Assembly: GCA_963736855.1 (NCBI GenBank)
Contig: CAVTQK010000015.1
Coordinates: forward strand, 384,001-448,000
DNA from: an uncultured delta proteobacterium
GTDB lineage: Bacteria > Desulfobacterota > Desulfobacteria > Desulfobacterales > UBA2156
Length of the DNA stretch: 64,000 nt
Direction of reading: 5' to 3'
The number at the start of each line of letters is the position of its first letter. Position 1 is the stretch's first letter. Of this stretch, positions 50,366 to 61,173 are shown in pieces. The position numbers and the translations under genes are program-made. Under the pieces are notes generated by a model that saw only the letters and a list, made by a program, of their open reading frames with translations, was not told the origin of the DNA and ran no database searches.

Positions 50366-51519
50366 AGATTAAGCAGCAACCGCATGTAAATGTGAACCAA
50401 TTCTTCCAAAACCTTATCCCAGGATTGTTCCGAAGCTTTTTTTTGGGCTTTTTCACCGATGGTTTTGCGCAGATGGGGTTCTGACAGTCGTTCGAGCACC
50501 CCGCCCATTTCCTCCGGGCTCGGATGACCGGAAAGCACGAATCCGTTTTCACCGGTTGTAATCAGATCCCTGGCGCCGACTTTTTGACTGATGATCACCG
50601 GGAGCCCGGCGGCCATCGCTTCAAGGACAGCCATTCCGAAAGTATCCATCCAGGACGGCATGGCAAAAAGGTCTGCCGCAAGATAGTAGGGTTCCACGGG
50701 AGTCACGGGACCTGCGAAAATGACGCGATCCCCGATGCCCAATTCCTTTGCCAGGTAACCAAACTTCCTCTGGTTTCCTTTCCCTGCCACCAGGAGTTTC
50801 CAAGGAATTTCAGGCATGCGCTTCAGGGCGTGGGCCATCCCTTTCATCACCAGATCCAGTCGTTTGATTTCAAAGTTCATTCCCAAGAATAGGATGACCA
50901 CATCCGAGGATGCGAGGTCGTACCGGGCCCGGACTTCCTTGCGGCATGCCTGCCGGTCCAATCCTGTGAATCGCTCCAGGGCGATTCCGGGATGCATGAT
51001 CCGGATCCGGGACTCGGGGATCTCATAGCACCGTAAAACTTCTTCCTTGACCAGACTGGAAACCGGCAAGATGTTTGCGAGACGAGGATTGACCATCCCT
51101 CGCCCCTCCACCCAGGCGGTGGCCCGGTCGAAAAGGCTCATCCGCTTTTTTCGAACTTCCCGAATCCACGTCTTATGAGGGATGCCGTGAAACGTCCACA
51201 GATCCATCTGGTGGATCCGCTCGTGGCTGTGAACCAAGACGTCCGGATGGCGACGGATCCATCGATCCACAAAATGAGCGAAGCTTAGCGGTTCTAAAAT
51301 CCTCGGGAACTTCACCACCGGGATTTTATGAAACCGGATAGGGGCTTTGCCGGCCTTCCAGCGGTGCGCCAGGACGTGAACCGTAAGACTTTCCATCCGG
51401 GCAAGACGCTCCCCCATCTCGAAAACAACGGATTCCGCTCCTCCCATGAGGCCATACTTCGGAACCACCAGGGCGATGGGAATTTTCCCTTTCTTTTGCA
51501 CCTTTTTTAGGGATTCCAT
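50362..51519 (-). CDS. Glycosyltransferase family 4 (LPS core)
   Basis: GGAE, DTFGMAVLEAMAAGLPVI. Confidence 0.92.
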   Translation of the reverse strand: MESLKKVQKKGKIPIALVVPKYGLMGGAESVVFEMGERLARMESLTVHVLAHRWKAGKAPIRFHKIPVVKFPRILEPLSFAHFVDRWIRRHPDVLVHSHERIHQMDLWTFHGIPHKTWIREVRKKRMSLFDRATAWVEGRGMVNPRLANILPVSSLVKEEVLRCYEIPESRIRIMHPGIALERFTGLDRQACRKEVRARYDLASSDVVILFLGMNFEIKRLDLVMKGMAHALKRMPEIPWKLLVAGKGNQRKFGYLAKELGIGDRVIFAGPVTPVEPYYLAADLFAMPSWMDTFGMAVLEAMAAGLPVIISQKVGARDLITTGENGFVLSGHPSPEEMGGVLERLSEPHLRKTIGEKAQKKASEQSWDKVLEELVHIYMRLLLNL

Positions 51520-52445
51520 CGATAGCCCCTTGCCACCGCACGGTACTTGAGCCATTTTTCAAGGTTTTTTTCTTTTTTCCCCCAGAAAATCGTTTCCGCC
51601 TCAAGAGTCAATAGCCGCCAGTATGCCTGCAAAAGGCCCTCGCGATGGATCCGGCGGCAAGTTGCCTTTGAATAATGCTTATTATAAAAAAGCGTCTCGG
51701 CATGGACTTTCTTTTCCCAGACCGCGAGGCGATGGTGTCCGCGTTCGCTCTGTCCCCCCCAGTGCAATATCACGGCTTCCGGGATGAATCCGACCCGAAA
51801 TCCGGCTTGACGCACGCGCAGGCAGATATCGGCATCTTCACCGTAGAGGAAAAACCGCTCGTCAAATCCCCCGATTTCTCGAAGCAGAGACCGCCGGCCC
51901 ACCATGCTGGCGCCCAGGACCCATGCAATGGGGTTCATATCGCCGGTCGGGAAACCGATTCGCATCTTAAGCTCTTTTTCGCCGTGCTTCCCCCCGGGAT
52001 ACCGCCACTCCACAGAGGACTGGGACGAGCCGTCGGGGTTTACGATTCGGGTTCCGGCGATCCCCACCTCCGGGTGGACGGACAAGTATGCCACCATACG
52101 GGAAAAAGCTCCTGGTTGGACTTCGGTATCCGGGTTCAGGAAATAAATGCACTCTTCCGCCGCACTTTCCAGGGCCTGGTTGTTGGCACGTGAAAACCCC
52201 ATGTTTATCGAATTGGCGATGAGATGAACCTTTGGAAAACTTTCTTGGATAAGATTTCGGCTGTGATCGGTCGATGCGTTATCCACTACCAGGACTTCGA
52301 ATCGTACTCCATCTTGTGCGAAAACGGATTCCAGGCAGCGTTTAAGGAAATATGCGGCGTTGTAATTGACAATGATGACGGTCAAATCCGCCAAAAAATC
52401 CGGGGGGGCGCCTGAAATGGGATTCATACCTTTGCCAGAAGCCAT
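51507..52445 (-). CDS. Glycosyltransferase family 2
   Basis: IIVNYN, VDNASTD, LNPD, FFLYGEDAD. Confidence 0.92.
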   Translation of the reverse strand: MASGKGMNPISGAPPDFLADLTVIIVNYNAAYFLKRCLESVFAQDGVRFEVLVVDNASTDHSRNLIQESFPKVHLIANSINMGFSRANNQALESAAEECIYFLNPDTEVQPGAFSRMVAYLSVHPEVGIAGTRIVNPDGSSQSSVEWRYPGGKHGEKELKMRIGFPTGDMNPIAWVLGASMVGRRSLLREIGGFDERFFLYGEDADICLRVRQAGFRVGFIPEAVILHWGGQSERGHHRLAVWEKKVHAETLFYNKHYSKATCRRIHREGLLQAYWRLLTLEAETIFWGKKEKNLEKWLKYRAVARGYRWNP

Positions 52446-52452
52446 GCCTTCA

Positions 52453-54039
52453 TCAGGAACGAATCTTGAAAAGAATCATGCGTCCGGTATCCCGGTGCTT
52501 CCATCGTCCGACCTTCTTGAAATCCTTTTTATAGCCTTTTTGAAAAAAATCGTATCGGTCCCGGGGCCAGTGCCGCTCTTCCCAAAGAAAATAGCTCACG
52601 TCCATGCTCTTTAAGTTCGATAAAAAGGCCTCGTAGCTATCTCCCACCAGGGTGTTAAAATCATTATAAGGCTGGGGGCACGGAGCTCCGGGGTACTTCA
52701 GGTTGGCATAAAAGGATAACCATCGTATCGTATCCATCGAGGCCGCCACGCGGATTTCTTCTCGGTTTCCTGAAATCCGGGCCACGGTCTCACCGATTTC
52801 CTTAAAGACCTCCTTGTCTTTTTCCCGGGGTTGCAGGTTTTTGGGAAATGTGAACACCAGGATCACCAATAATAAAACCCAAAAGGCCGCCCGATCTTTC
52901 AGGCCGAAACGCGATTGGAGGAAAAGGTGGATACGTTGTATTCCAAGCCCGGCGAAAACGGCGCTGGGAAAAATGACAATGGCCATGTGTCGGTTGTCCA
53001 GGATCCACCACTGCAGGATATGAATATACAACGCCCCCGCAGCGACAACGATCATTAGGATGAAATAGATCAATGCGGGTTCTTTTCGGATATATGTCTT
53101 AATCTGCAGAAATCCTAATAAAAACAAGGCAAAAAGGGGATAAAAAAAAGCCTCCAGGGCACGATTGGCAAAGGTTCCCAGACCCACAAGCCATCCGAAA
53201 TTACTGGCTTCCGGCAAAAAGCGCTTTACGAGAGGGTCCTGAATACCCGACCCCAAATCGGCCAGATGCAGGCGGAGGAGCTTATAGTGAGATACGGGTC
53301 CGGAGGCCTTGTCAATGATTTCGTGGGCCCGGTACAGGCCCGATGGAGGCAGCCCGTATATCCAGGCTGCGATAAAAGTGACTCCTGCCACGGCAATGAT
53401 CGGTATCAGAAATAGGGCCAGTTTTTTCAGGCGCGCCTCACGCTCGGCCACTATTAGGTAAATTGCTGAAACGAAGATGGCTGCCATTGCCTCAACCCTG
53501 GCCCAGGTGGCCAATAAAAAAGACAGGCTCGACAAAAGGAGACCCCCATAGCCTTTCGTCGATTTCCGGGCAGTAAAGCAGGACATTCCGAGAACCAAAA
53601 AGAACCAGTAGACCGGATCCCGGATTACGTCGGCACTCCGCCCTACCAGAACCGGCATGACCGCAAAGACCAGGACGGCCAGGGCGCTGATAGACTCGGT
53701 GAAAAACCGGCGCAGCAGAAAATAGAGAGGGACCAGAGTCAGGGTCCCGAACAGTAAAGAGACCGCACGTGCAGCTTGAATCCAGTCTCCGAAAAAGGGG
53801 AAAGCGGCGGTGATGAGAAAAGCATAGTTGGATAAAAAGCCGGTCCCGCAAGGAATTGCCTGTTTCCAGAGTCCGTAATAAAGAGCCCGGGCCTGATGGA
53901 TATAGAGGGTCCCGTCCGGGTTGACGATATAGGTCTGCGCACAGGCATAAATCCGGATGGCTGCCCCTAAAAGGATCACCCAGAAACCCGGGTTTCGGAC
54001 AAGACGACGAAATTTAGAAGGAAGTGGCGATTTTTCCAT
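52453..54039 (-). CDS. ArnT/PMT-like (GT-C) membrane glycosyltransferase
   Basis: NPDG..Y in the first loop, many TM helices, RAVSLLFG; lies in the LPS cluster. Confidence 0.8.
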   Translation of the reverse strand: MEKSPLPSKFRRLVRNPGFWVILLGAAIRIYACAQTYIVNPDGTLYIHQARALYYGLWKQAIPCGTGFLSNYAFLITAAFPFFGDWIQAARAVSLLFGTLTLVPLYFLLRRFFTESISALAVLVFAVMPVLVGRSADVIRDPVYWFFLVLGMSCFTARKSTKGYGGLLLSSLSFLLATWARVEAMAAIFVSAIYLIVAEREARLKKLALFLIPIIAVAGVTFIAAWIYGLPPSGLYRAHEIIDKASGPVSHYKLLRLHLADLGSGIQDPLVKRFLPEASNFGWLVGLGTFANRALEAFFYPLFALFLLGFLQIKTYIRKEPALIYFILMIVVAAGALYIHILQWWILDNRHMAIVIFPSAVFAGLGIQRIHLFLQSRFGLKDRAAFWVLLLVILVFTFPKNLQPREKDKEVFKEIGETVARISGNREEIRVAASMDTIRWLSFYANLKYPGAPCPQPYNDFNTLVGDSYEAFLSNLKSMDVSYFLWEERHWPRDRYDFFQKGYKKDFKKVGRWKHRDTGRMILFKIRS

Positions 54040-54053
54040 GCTCTGAATCCGTA

Positions 54054-55187
54054 TCAGATATCACGGTTTCTGTCACTCCCGTCCTGATCCACCGAGTCAG
54101 TGACTTTTTCATGCTCAAAGTGTCGATTCACTACCCTTAAAACCTCTGAAACGGTCAATTCTTCAAGGCATCGGCTTGTCCCGCTGTCCCCGCATCCTTT
54201 CTTACGGCATGGTATGCAGGACATTTCTTTGGATACGATAAGATGCCGGGCACCCCTAGGCGCCCATGTGACGGTCGAAGACGGTCCAAAAATAGCCACC
54301 GTCGGGGTTCCCACTGCGGCGGCCATATGCAAGGATCCGGAGTCCACGCCGATGTAAAGTCGACAGATCTTGAAAAGGGCCGGAAGCATCTGCATCCGGG
54401 TCTTCCCTGCAAGGTTAAAAATATCTCTGGACAGACCTCGGACGAGAGTTTGGGCCCGTTCCCGTTCTTCGGGTGACCCGGTGATGACGACGGAAACCCC
54501 ACGGTTTTTCACCAGATCAGCCATCAGGCGAATCCAGCCATCTCCCTTCCATTCCTTGTAGGGCCACAGGGAAAAAGGGGAAATGGCCACCAGAGGACGT
54601 TCCTGAGAAATCCCTTCCTTTGTTAAAAACGCCCAGATTTCCGTTTCTTTTTCCCGGGAGATCCGGATTGTGGGTCTTTCCTCGGCCGGGGGCACACCGA
54701 CGGCGGCAAGGATGTTCAGATGATGTTTCACGGCGTATTGACCCTTTTCTAGGTCGGAATCGGGTTGCACCAGGTGGGTAAAAACCCTTTTACGCACTCC
54801 TTGCCGTCCGTGATCGAGTCTTCCTATCCTAAACGGGGCACCGGAAAGGCAAGCAATGACCGTACCCCTGGAGCCGGTCCGAAGATCCAACACCAAAGCA
54901 AACCGCCGGCGCCGGAGATTGAGGATCCACCGCAAGTGGTGATCCAATGCCCTTATCGTCGGTCGGGGTGCCACATCCACGCCGATTGCTCCCTCAATTT
55001 CCGGAATATGCTCCAAAAGCCCTCTCGCCTTTTCCCTGATGCACATCCAGATATCGCATTCAGTAAAGTGCTGCTTGAGGGCGACAAGGGCCGGTAAGGA
55101 AAGCACCACATCTCCGATATCTCCCAGTTGGATGAGGAGGATGGAACCGCGGATCTTTGGGAGTCTGCTTTCTCCTTTGACAAGCAT
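54054..55187 (-). CDS. Glycosyltransferase family 9 (heptosyltransferase-like)
   Basis: IGDVVL, KEW, DSGSLHMAAA, IFGPS. Confidence 0.92.
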   Translation of the reverse strand: MLVKGESRLPKIRGSILLIQLGDIGDVVLSLPALVALKQHFTECDIWMCIREKARGLLEHIPEIEGAIGVDVAPRPTIRALDHHLRWILNLRRRRFALVLDLRTGSRGTVIACLSGAPFRIGRLDHGRQGVRKRVFTHLVQPDSDLEKGQYAVKHHLNILAAVGVPPAEERPTIRISREKETEIWAFLTKEGISQERPLVAISPFSLWPYKEWKGDGWIRLMADLVKNRGVSVVITGSPEERERAQTLVRGLSRDIFNLAGKTRMQMLPALFKICRLYIGVDSGSLHMAAAVGTPTVAIFGPSSTVTWAPRGARHLIVSKEMSCIPCRKKGCGDSGTSRCLEELTVSEVLRVVNRHFEHEKVTDSVDQDGSDRNRDI

Positions 55188-55191
55188 CGTC

Positions 55192-56142
55192 TCACCGGCA
55201 GATGGATATCGGCTTGGGGCACCCGGTTAGGTGCCAGGCAATGAGTTTCAGGTAGACCCCTAAGCGCCGGCGTAGACCGCCCGCAAGCCCCAGGGTCAGG
55301 AAGACGCCCAGGGCGGTCAGTACTGCATTGACCAGCAGCCGAAAAAAAACCACGGCATATATCGCTAAAAACCCCTGGGGGTACCATTTTTGAAAATAGG
55401 CATACCTGGCCCGATAAAATAGTTTCCTCGATTCCACCCCGAATCCCACGCTCTGGCCCTGTCGGTGGATCACTTCGGCTTTCGGGATAAAAAAGATTTT
55501 CCATCCGGCCCCATGCATCCTCAAGGCCCAATCGGTTTCTTCAAAAAAGAAAAAATATCGTTCATCCAAAAGCCCCACTGCGTCCATGGCGCTTTTGCGA
55601 ACAATCATGCACGCGCCGACGCACGAATCCACTTCCACCGGATCCGTTTCGGCGCGCCTTTTCCCGGTAAAGCGTGAAGGAAAGAGGGCCCTCAGGATCC
55701 CCTCGTTGGTCAAGAGCGTCACCCATGATGGAAAAGGAGCCACGGAATTCTGGCACCTTCCGTCCGAATGGAGGAGCTGTGCACAGGCCATCCCGGCCGA
55801 CGGCGTTTTTTCCATGAAATCGAAAAGGAGCTTGACGGCTCCTTTCTCGGGCAGGGCATCGGTGTTGAGGAGTAGGGCATAGCGCCCTTTCATCTGGCGA
55901 AGGGCCTGGTTGCAAGCCGCGGCATACCCAAAATTTTTTGGATTGACGATGAGGTTCACGCCGGGGTACCGCTTCCTGACAGCCGCAACACTTCCGTCCG
56001 CGGAGGCGTTGTCCACAACAAATACTTCATATGCCGGACTGTCGAAGGTCTCATAAACCCGCGACAGGCATTCCAGCAGGAGCCCCTTCGTGTTCCAGTT
56101 CACGATGACCACCGTGATATCGGTCGATCCGCCCTCCACCAT
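55192..56142 (-). CDS. Glycosyltransferase family 2
   Basis: VIVNWN, VDNASAD, LNTD, FFFFEETD. Confidence 0.92.
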   Translation of the reverse strand: MVEGGSTDITVVIVNWNTKGLLLECLSRVYETFDSPAYEVFVVDNASADGSVAAVRKRYPGVNLIVNPKNFGYAAACNQALRQMKGRYALLLNTDALPEKGAVKLLFDFMEKTPSAGMACAQLLHSDGRCQNSVAPFPSWVTLLTNEGILRALFPSRFTGKRRAETDPVEVDSCVGACMIVRKSAMDAVGLLDERYFFFFEETDWALRMHGAGWKIFFIPKAEVIHRQGQSVGFGVESRKLFYRARYAYFQKWYPQGFLAIYAVVFFRLLVNAVLTALGVFLTLGLAGGLRRRLGVYLKLIAWHLTGCPKPISICR

Positions 56143-57224
56143 TAATCCTTCCCCATTTCATCCATCAGCCCTTCGACGGCTTCAATGACATCTTGAACCG
56201 AAATCCGCTCCATACATAACGCCGCAACGTTTGCTCCGTGCCGCTCCAGGAGGCACTTCCGTTTGAAACAAGGACTGCACGCCATTTTCGTCCGGAGCAC
56301 ACGATGCCGTTTACCGAAAGGTCCGGTTCTCCATGGGGCTGTGGGCCCGAAAAGGGCTAATACTGGTGTTCCTACTGCAGCAGCCAGATGCATGGGGCCG
56401 GTATCAGTGGAAACGACACACGCGGCGTTTTCATAGATGGCACTCAGCACTTTGAGGGTGGTTTTGCCCGTCACATCAACCGCCTTTTCATCCATCCGTC
56501 CCCGAATATCTTCCACCATTGCGGCGTCCTCCCGACTTCCGGTAAAAATGATCCTGACCGAATGCCTCCGGATCAGGTCATCGGCAAACTTTGCAAATTT
56601 GCCCGGCTCCCAGAGTTTGGTCATCCATTTGGCACCTGGGTTGATCGCTACATACGCCGCATCCGGTTCAATTCCGCAAGAGGCCAAGAGCTGCCCGGCC
56701 TCTTTCCGATCCTGCATTCGGATCGGCACATCATAAACGATCCGGCTGCACCGGATTCCCAAGGCCTCAAGAAATATCAATTGCCTTTTGAGGGCATGGT
56801 ATTCCATGGAAACAGCCGGAATGCGTTCGCTTAAAAAAAGGTGGCTGTGTTCCATATGCCCCATTCCCTTTCCGAACCCGATCTTTCGCTTTCCCCGGGC
56901 AAGGAAGATGAGGAGGCTGCTTTTTAAAAGGCCGTGAAAATCCAGGATCATGTCATACTGAGTATCCCGAAGGTTTTTTAAAAAAAATGCCATAGCCTTA
57001 AAATGCGAGAACGCATCTACGGAGAACAACCCGCGGATCCATCTCTTTCTCTTGGAAACCAGCACGCGATCCAGGGCCCGATGCCCGATGACCAGATCCG
57101 AGGCCGCCTCTTCCACTAGCCATGTAATGCGCGCAAAGGAATAATGGGCGCGCAGGGCGTTTAAGGCCGGAAGGGTGTGGATCACATCTCCGATGGCGCT
57201 GAGCTTAACGATGAGGATATTCAC
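56142..57224 (-). CDS. Glycosyltransferase family 9, heptosyltransferase I-like
   Basis: ILIVKLSAIGDVIH, WLVEE, DTGPMHLAAA, LFGPT. Confidence 0.9.
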   Translation of the reverse strand: MNILIVKLSAIGDVIHTLPALNALRAHYSFARITWLVEEAASDLVIGHRALDRVLVSKRKRWIRGLFSVDAFSHFKAMAFFLKNLRDTQYDMILDFHGLLKSSLLIFLARGKRKIGFGKGMGHMEHSHLFLSERIPAVSMEYHALKRQLIFLEALGIRCSRIVYDVPIRMQDRKEAGQLLASCGIEPDAAYVAINPGAKWMTKLWEPGKFAKFADDLIRRHSVRIIFTGSREDAAMVEDIRGRMDEKAVDVTGKTTLKVLSAIYENAACVVSTDTGPMHLAAAVGTPVLALFGPTAPWRTGPFGKRHRVLRTKMACSPCFKRKCLLERHGANVAALCMERISVQDVIEAVEGLMDEMGKD

Positions 57225-58264
57225 AAAAACGCCTTTGCAGCCTCAAAGACTGCATTGGTTGTGATCCGGGTCATGCACTGCGAATGACCCAAAGGGCACT
57301 CCGGCTCAAGACAGGGACTACAGGAAATTTTGGACTTGAGGATTCTTCCCCGGTATCCCCAGGGTCCTGTGGCTTCCGGATCCGTGGAGCCGAAAATGGC
57401 GACCAGAGGGACCTTTAAAGCCGATGCCACATGCATCAGCCCAGAATCATTGGTGATAAATAGCCGACATTCCCGAATCAGGGCCATAGCCTCAGACAGG
57501 TCGGTCTCTCCAGCCAGGTTCACGGCCGGATATCGCATGCTTTGACGGATTCGAAGCCCGAGAGCACGGTCCGCGGGTCCCCCGAAAATCAATATTTTTA
57601 CCCCGCAGACCTCCTGGATCCGATCCCCTACAGCGGCAAAACGATCGGGCGGCCACTGCTTGGCAGGCCCATAAGCCGCACCTGGATTGATCCCTACAAG
57701 GGTATCGGTTTTTCGGATCCCGAATCGATTCAGGAGGCGTTGCGCCTTTTTTGTCTCCTTTTCTCCGATAGAAAGACAAAGCTCGCGATTCGTATCCGGG
57801 ATACCGACTCCTTTTAAAATGCCCAGATAATATTCGACCTGGTGAACCTTTCGACACCGTGTTAAAAGAGGCGAACGGTGGGTCAGTAAAATGCCCCTCC
57901 CGTCGGTGGGGTATCCGATGCGTACGGGGATGCCGGACAGGGCCGCGATGAAGGCCGCTTCGAAGGCATTCTGGAAGAGGATTGCCGCATCGAATCGGAA
58001 GGCTCGAAGATCCCGGGCCAGACGGATGAACCCGAATATCCCTTGGTGACGTCCGGCCTTATCATAAACCAGGATATGATCCACATAAGGCAATCCCTCG
58101 AAAACAGGAACCACCCAGGGTTTAGCCAGAACAAAGATCTCCGCTTTCGGAAAACACTTCCTGAGGGAGCAGACTGCCGGTGTCATCATGACCGCGTCCC
58201 CAACCCAGTTAGCGGCACGCAAGAGGAGCTTCGGGGATTGATGTCCCTTAAATCGGATTTTCAA
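57221..58264 (-). CDS. waaF: LPS heptosyltransferase II
   Basis: NWVGDAVM, NPGAAYGPAKQW, NDSGLMHVA, FGST. Confidence 0.93.
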   Translation of the reverse strand: MKIRFKGHQSPKLLLRAANWVGDAVMMTPAVCSLRKCFPKAEIFVLAKPWVVPVFEGLPYVDHILVYDKAGRHQGIFGFIRLARDLRAFRFDAAILFQNAFEAAFIAALSGIPVRIGYPTDGRGILLTHRSPLLTRCRKVHQVEYYLGILKGVGIPDTNRELCLSIGEKETKKAQRLLNRFGIRKTDTLVGINPGAAYGPAKQWPPDRFAAVGDRIQEVCGVKILIFGGPADRALGLRIRQSMRYPAVNLAGETDLSEAMALIRECRLFITNDSGLMHVASALKVPLVAIFGSTDPEATGPWGYRGRILKSKISCSPCLEPECPLGHSQCMTRITTNAVFEAAKAFL

Positions 58265-59190
58265 GATCGCCTTTTATCTCCCAAACGCATTTCCCTCGGC
58301 CAGAGATGGCAGGGCCGCGTTTTCCACCGCTGATGCACCCATAGCCACTGGCCAGGGAAACGGCGCACGACAGCCTCTAATGTCTGTGTATATCTTTGGG
58401 TATTCTCTTCCAGGTCTTTTCGCCTGTCCCCGGTTCGTACCAGCGGAATTTCCTCTAAAAACTCGGTAATAAATCTTTGGCCTTCACGAACGAGAAAAAC
58501 CGGAATCACCGGTGCTTCCGTTGTCAGGGCCATCAGCGCCAGCCCCTGGTTGGTACATGCACTTTTCCCGAAAAAATCGACAAAAACCCCCTCATACCAA
58601 TCCATATTCTGATCCAGCAAAACCACCACAGACTCCTTCTGCTTCAAGGCTCTTAAGATTTTGCGCATGGAGCGGGTGCTGGGAATCAACCGGGCTCCAA
58701 ACCGTGACCGGTATCGATCAAAAAAAAGATCGAGAGTCTTCACATCCAGAGGACGATACGGCACATGGACCGGTACGTTTGCCTTGGCCGCAGCCCCGGC
58801 TAAAAGCTCCCAGTTTCCCAGGTGCAGGGTCAACAGCAAGACCCCCTTTTTTCGATCCATGGCGTTGCGAAAATTAGAAAACCCGCGTATGGAAATGAAA
58901 CGGCCCAAGCTTTCCGGGGTCTGTCCAAGGGACCAGCCGATCTCAAAAACGATCCGCGACAAATTCCGGAAAGACTCCATGGCTAACAAGCGGATCGAAT
59001 CCGGGGATTTTTCCCCGGCAAACGCTTGGGTGAGGTTTTTCAGGGCGATCTCCCGGTGACGTTTGTCGATGGCAAACCAGATTCTGCCGATCCAACGCGT
59101 AACGCTATCAACGCTTGTCAAAGGAATCGATCCCATAAGCCTGAGCGCGACGGTTACCAGTGCGCACCCGAGTTGATCAATCATCTTCAC
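58261..59190 (-). CDS. Lipid A late acyltransferase (LpxL/HtrB family)
   Basis: HLGNWE, LLDQ, FFG, QWLWVHQRWK. Confidence 0.92.
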   Translation of the reverse strand: MKMIDQLGCALVTVALRLMGSIPLTSVDSVTRWIGRIWFAIDKRHREIALKNLTQAFAGEKSPDSIRLLAMESFRNLSRIVFEIGWSLGQTPESLGRFISIRGFSNFRNAMDRKKGVLLLTLHLGNWELLAGAAAKANVPVHVPYRPLDVKTLDLFFDRYRSRFGARLIPSTRSMRKILRALKQKESVVVLLDQNMDWYEGVFVDFFGKSACTNQGLALMALTTEAPVIPVFLVREGQRFITEFLEEIPLVRTGDRRKDLEENTQRYTQTLEAVVRRFPGQWLWVHQRWKTRPCHLWPREMRLGDKRRS

Positions 59191-59214
59191 GGATTCCCGG
59201 CAAAAATAACAGAT

Positions 59215-59988
59215 TCATTTTTCACGCGTCTTTAACGAGAATTCCCACGCCTTGGCGTGTTTCAAAAAAACGTACCATGAAGAATTGGCTGCAATCACAA
59301 TTCCGGCATATCCGTCTAAAAACCCCAGCTTCCAGAAATAGCTTTCGAAAAATTTGACGGCCCCGTGCAACAGGCCCAGAAGAAGGTATTTACCCGTTCT
59401 CGGCCCTTTCTCCGAAGCCGCCACATCCGAAAAACGATTGATGGTCGCCACCTGGTCCGCGATGCTTCTGTAGACGTCATGATAGAGCGGCTGAGAAAGT
59501 GGTACAACCCTTCCTTGCACGATGAGTCGCTCATGCAAGGCGTCTTGGCTCCATTCTCCTTTTCCCCGGCGGACCAAACGGATCTTTCGATCCGGGTACC
59601 ACCCGCCATGACGGATCCACCGATTCAGATAGAAAGAGAGCCTGGGCATGGAAAAACCTGCCGTCTCCGGCAGCGCTGATGCAACCGCGGCAGTCATTTC
59701 ACGCGCCAGGGCCGCGGATACCGTTTCGTCCGCATCCATATTGAGTATCCAATTCGATCGAACGCATTCCATGGCAAACTGTTTTTGTCCCGCGTATCCT
59801 TGCCAGGGACGTTGAATCACACGAGCTCCCATTTGGGTGCATAGGGACGGTGTCCCATCCGTACTTCCCGAATCCACCACCACGATCTCGTCGGCAAAGG
59901 AGATACTGTTAATAAGCTTCGTAATGCGATCCGCTTCGTTTTGGGCAATCACCGCGATACCGATCGTTTGGCCCCTCAACTGTTCCAC
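59215..59988 (-). CDS. Glycosyltransferase family 2, WaaE/KdtX-like
   Basis: VVVDSGSTDGT, MDADE, GWYPD, LHE, GFLDG. Confidence 0.9.
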   Translation of the reverse strand: MEQLRGQTIGIAVIAQNEADRITKLINSISFADEIVVVDSGSTDGTPSLCTQMGARVIQRPWQGYAGQKQFAMECVRSNWILNMDADETVSAALAREMTAAVASALPETAGFSMPRLSFYLNRWIRHGGWYPDRKIRLVRRGKGEWSQDALHERLIVQGRVVPLSQPLYHDVYRSIADQVATINRFSDVAASEKGPRTGKYLLLGLLHGAVKFFESYFWKLGFLDGYAGIVIAANSSWYVFLKHAKAWEFSLKTREK

Positions 59989-60021
59989 CGGTCTATCCCC
60001 TCTTATCCTTTCTTTTTCTAA

Positions 60022-61173
60022 TCACGGTTTCCGCATTGCTTTTTCGACATGGTTCCGGACCCAATCGGAAAACTCCGCCCCATCGCTTTTCAGGAATTGC
60101 AGCCTGATGCCGAGCACCATCAAGGGGATATCGGTCGGAACCCTTCCGCGGATGCGGGCATAATCCTTTTCCGTAGTTGCGACAAAAAATGCACCTTTTT
60201 TCCGGCCCTCTCGCCAGATGGATTCCAGCTCCTTTTGTGTATAGGGATGGTGGTCCGGAAATCTAAAAAAATTTACTATATCATAGTGTTGGGTCTTGAG
60301 GGAATGTCGAAAATCGTCGTTTTGAGCGATCCCGGAAAAGGCGATACCCCGTTTTTCCGACAAGGAATCGACATCTTCCGCCTTTGGGTTGTCCCCCTTT
60401 ATCCGATAAACCATGGGATAATGGGCGGCATAAAAGAACGGCTTTTTATTAAAGGCCTCCCGATCCAGGAAACGGGGAGGATTCATTGCAGATGCCGAGC
60501 CGGGGTCGCACCGGGTAAAAATAAAACCATCGGCCATTAAGAGTGCTGAAATCGGTTCCCGGAGGGTTCCTCTGGGTAGAAGGTGTCCGTTTCCCACAGG
60601 ATACCGATGGTCCAAAAGCACCAGATTCAGGTCTCTTTCGAGGGCCAGGTGCTGAAATCCATCGTCTAAAATCAAGACATTGGATCGATACTGTTGGACA
60701 GCCAGGGTCCCGGATGCAAACCGGTTCGACCCCACAAGGACCGGAATCTCCTCAAGTTGTTCAGCCAGCATGAAGGGTTCATCCCCGGCATCGTCGGGCG
60801 TCATGAAGACAGTGTTTCCGTCGCTGACCACTCCGCCGCATTTCTGGGCTTTTCCCTTGTATCCCCGGCTCAGGACCGCCGCCCGATAACCCATTTCCTT
60901 GAGCAGGTTAGCCAGATAGGCCACCATAGGGGTCTTTCCCGTTCCTCCCACCGTCAGGTTCCCGACGGAGATCACCGGGCAGGGGAGTCTTTTGGCTTTC
61001 AGGATTCTGTTTTGGTAAAGCGTCCGCCTCAGTTTTGCAGCACCACCGTAAACGAAGGAGGCCCAAACAAAAGCCTCTAAAGCCCAACGGTGCGGGCCTG
61101 TTTCGGGATCCTGCAGGGTCCAAAGAACCCATTTTTGACTCTTTGAAAGGATTTTAGAAAGATTCAGAATCAC
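60022..61173 (-). CDS. lpxK: Tetraacyldisaccharide 4'-kinase
   Basis: SVGNLTVGGTGKTP, SRGY, GDEP, LDDGFQH, FPDHH, TTEKD. Confidence 0.96.
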   Translation of the reverse strand: MILNLSKILSKSQKWVLWTLQDPETGPHRWALEAFVWASFVYGGAAKLRRTLYQNRILKAKRLPCPVISVGNLTVGGTGKTPMVAYLANLLKEMGYRAAVLSRGYKGKAQKCGGVVSDGNTVFMTPDDAGDEPFMLAEQLEEIPVLVGSNRFASGTLAVQQYRSNVLILDDGFQHLALERDLNLVLLDHRYPVGNGHLLPRGTLREPISALLMADGFIFTRCDPGSASAMNPPRFLDREAFNKKPFFYAAHYPMVYRIKGDNPKAEDVDSLSEKRGIAFSGIAQNDDFRHSLKTQHYDIVNFFRFPDHHPYTQKELESIWREGRKKGAFFVATTEKDYARIRGRVPTDIPLMVLGIRLQFLKSDGAEFSDWVRNHVEKAMRKP

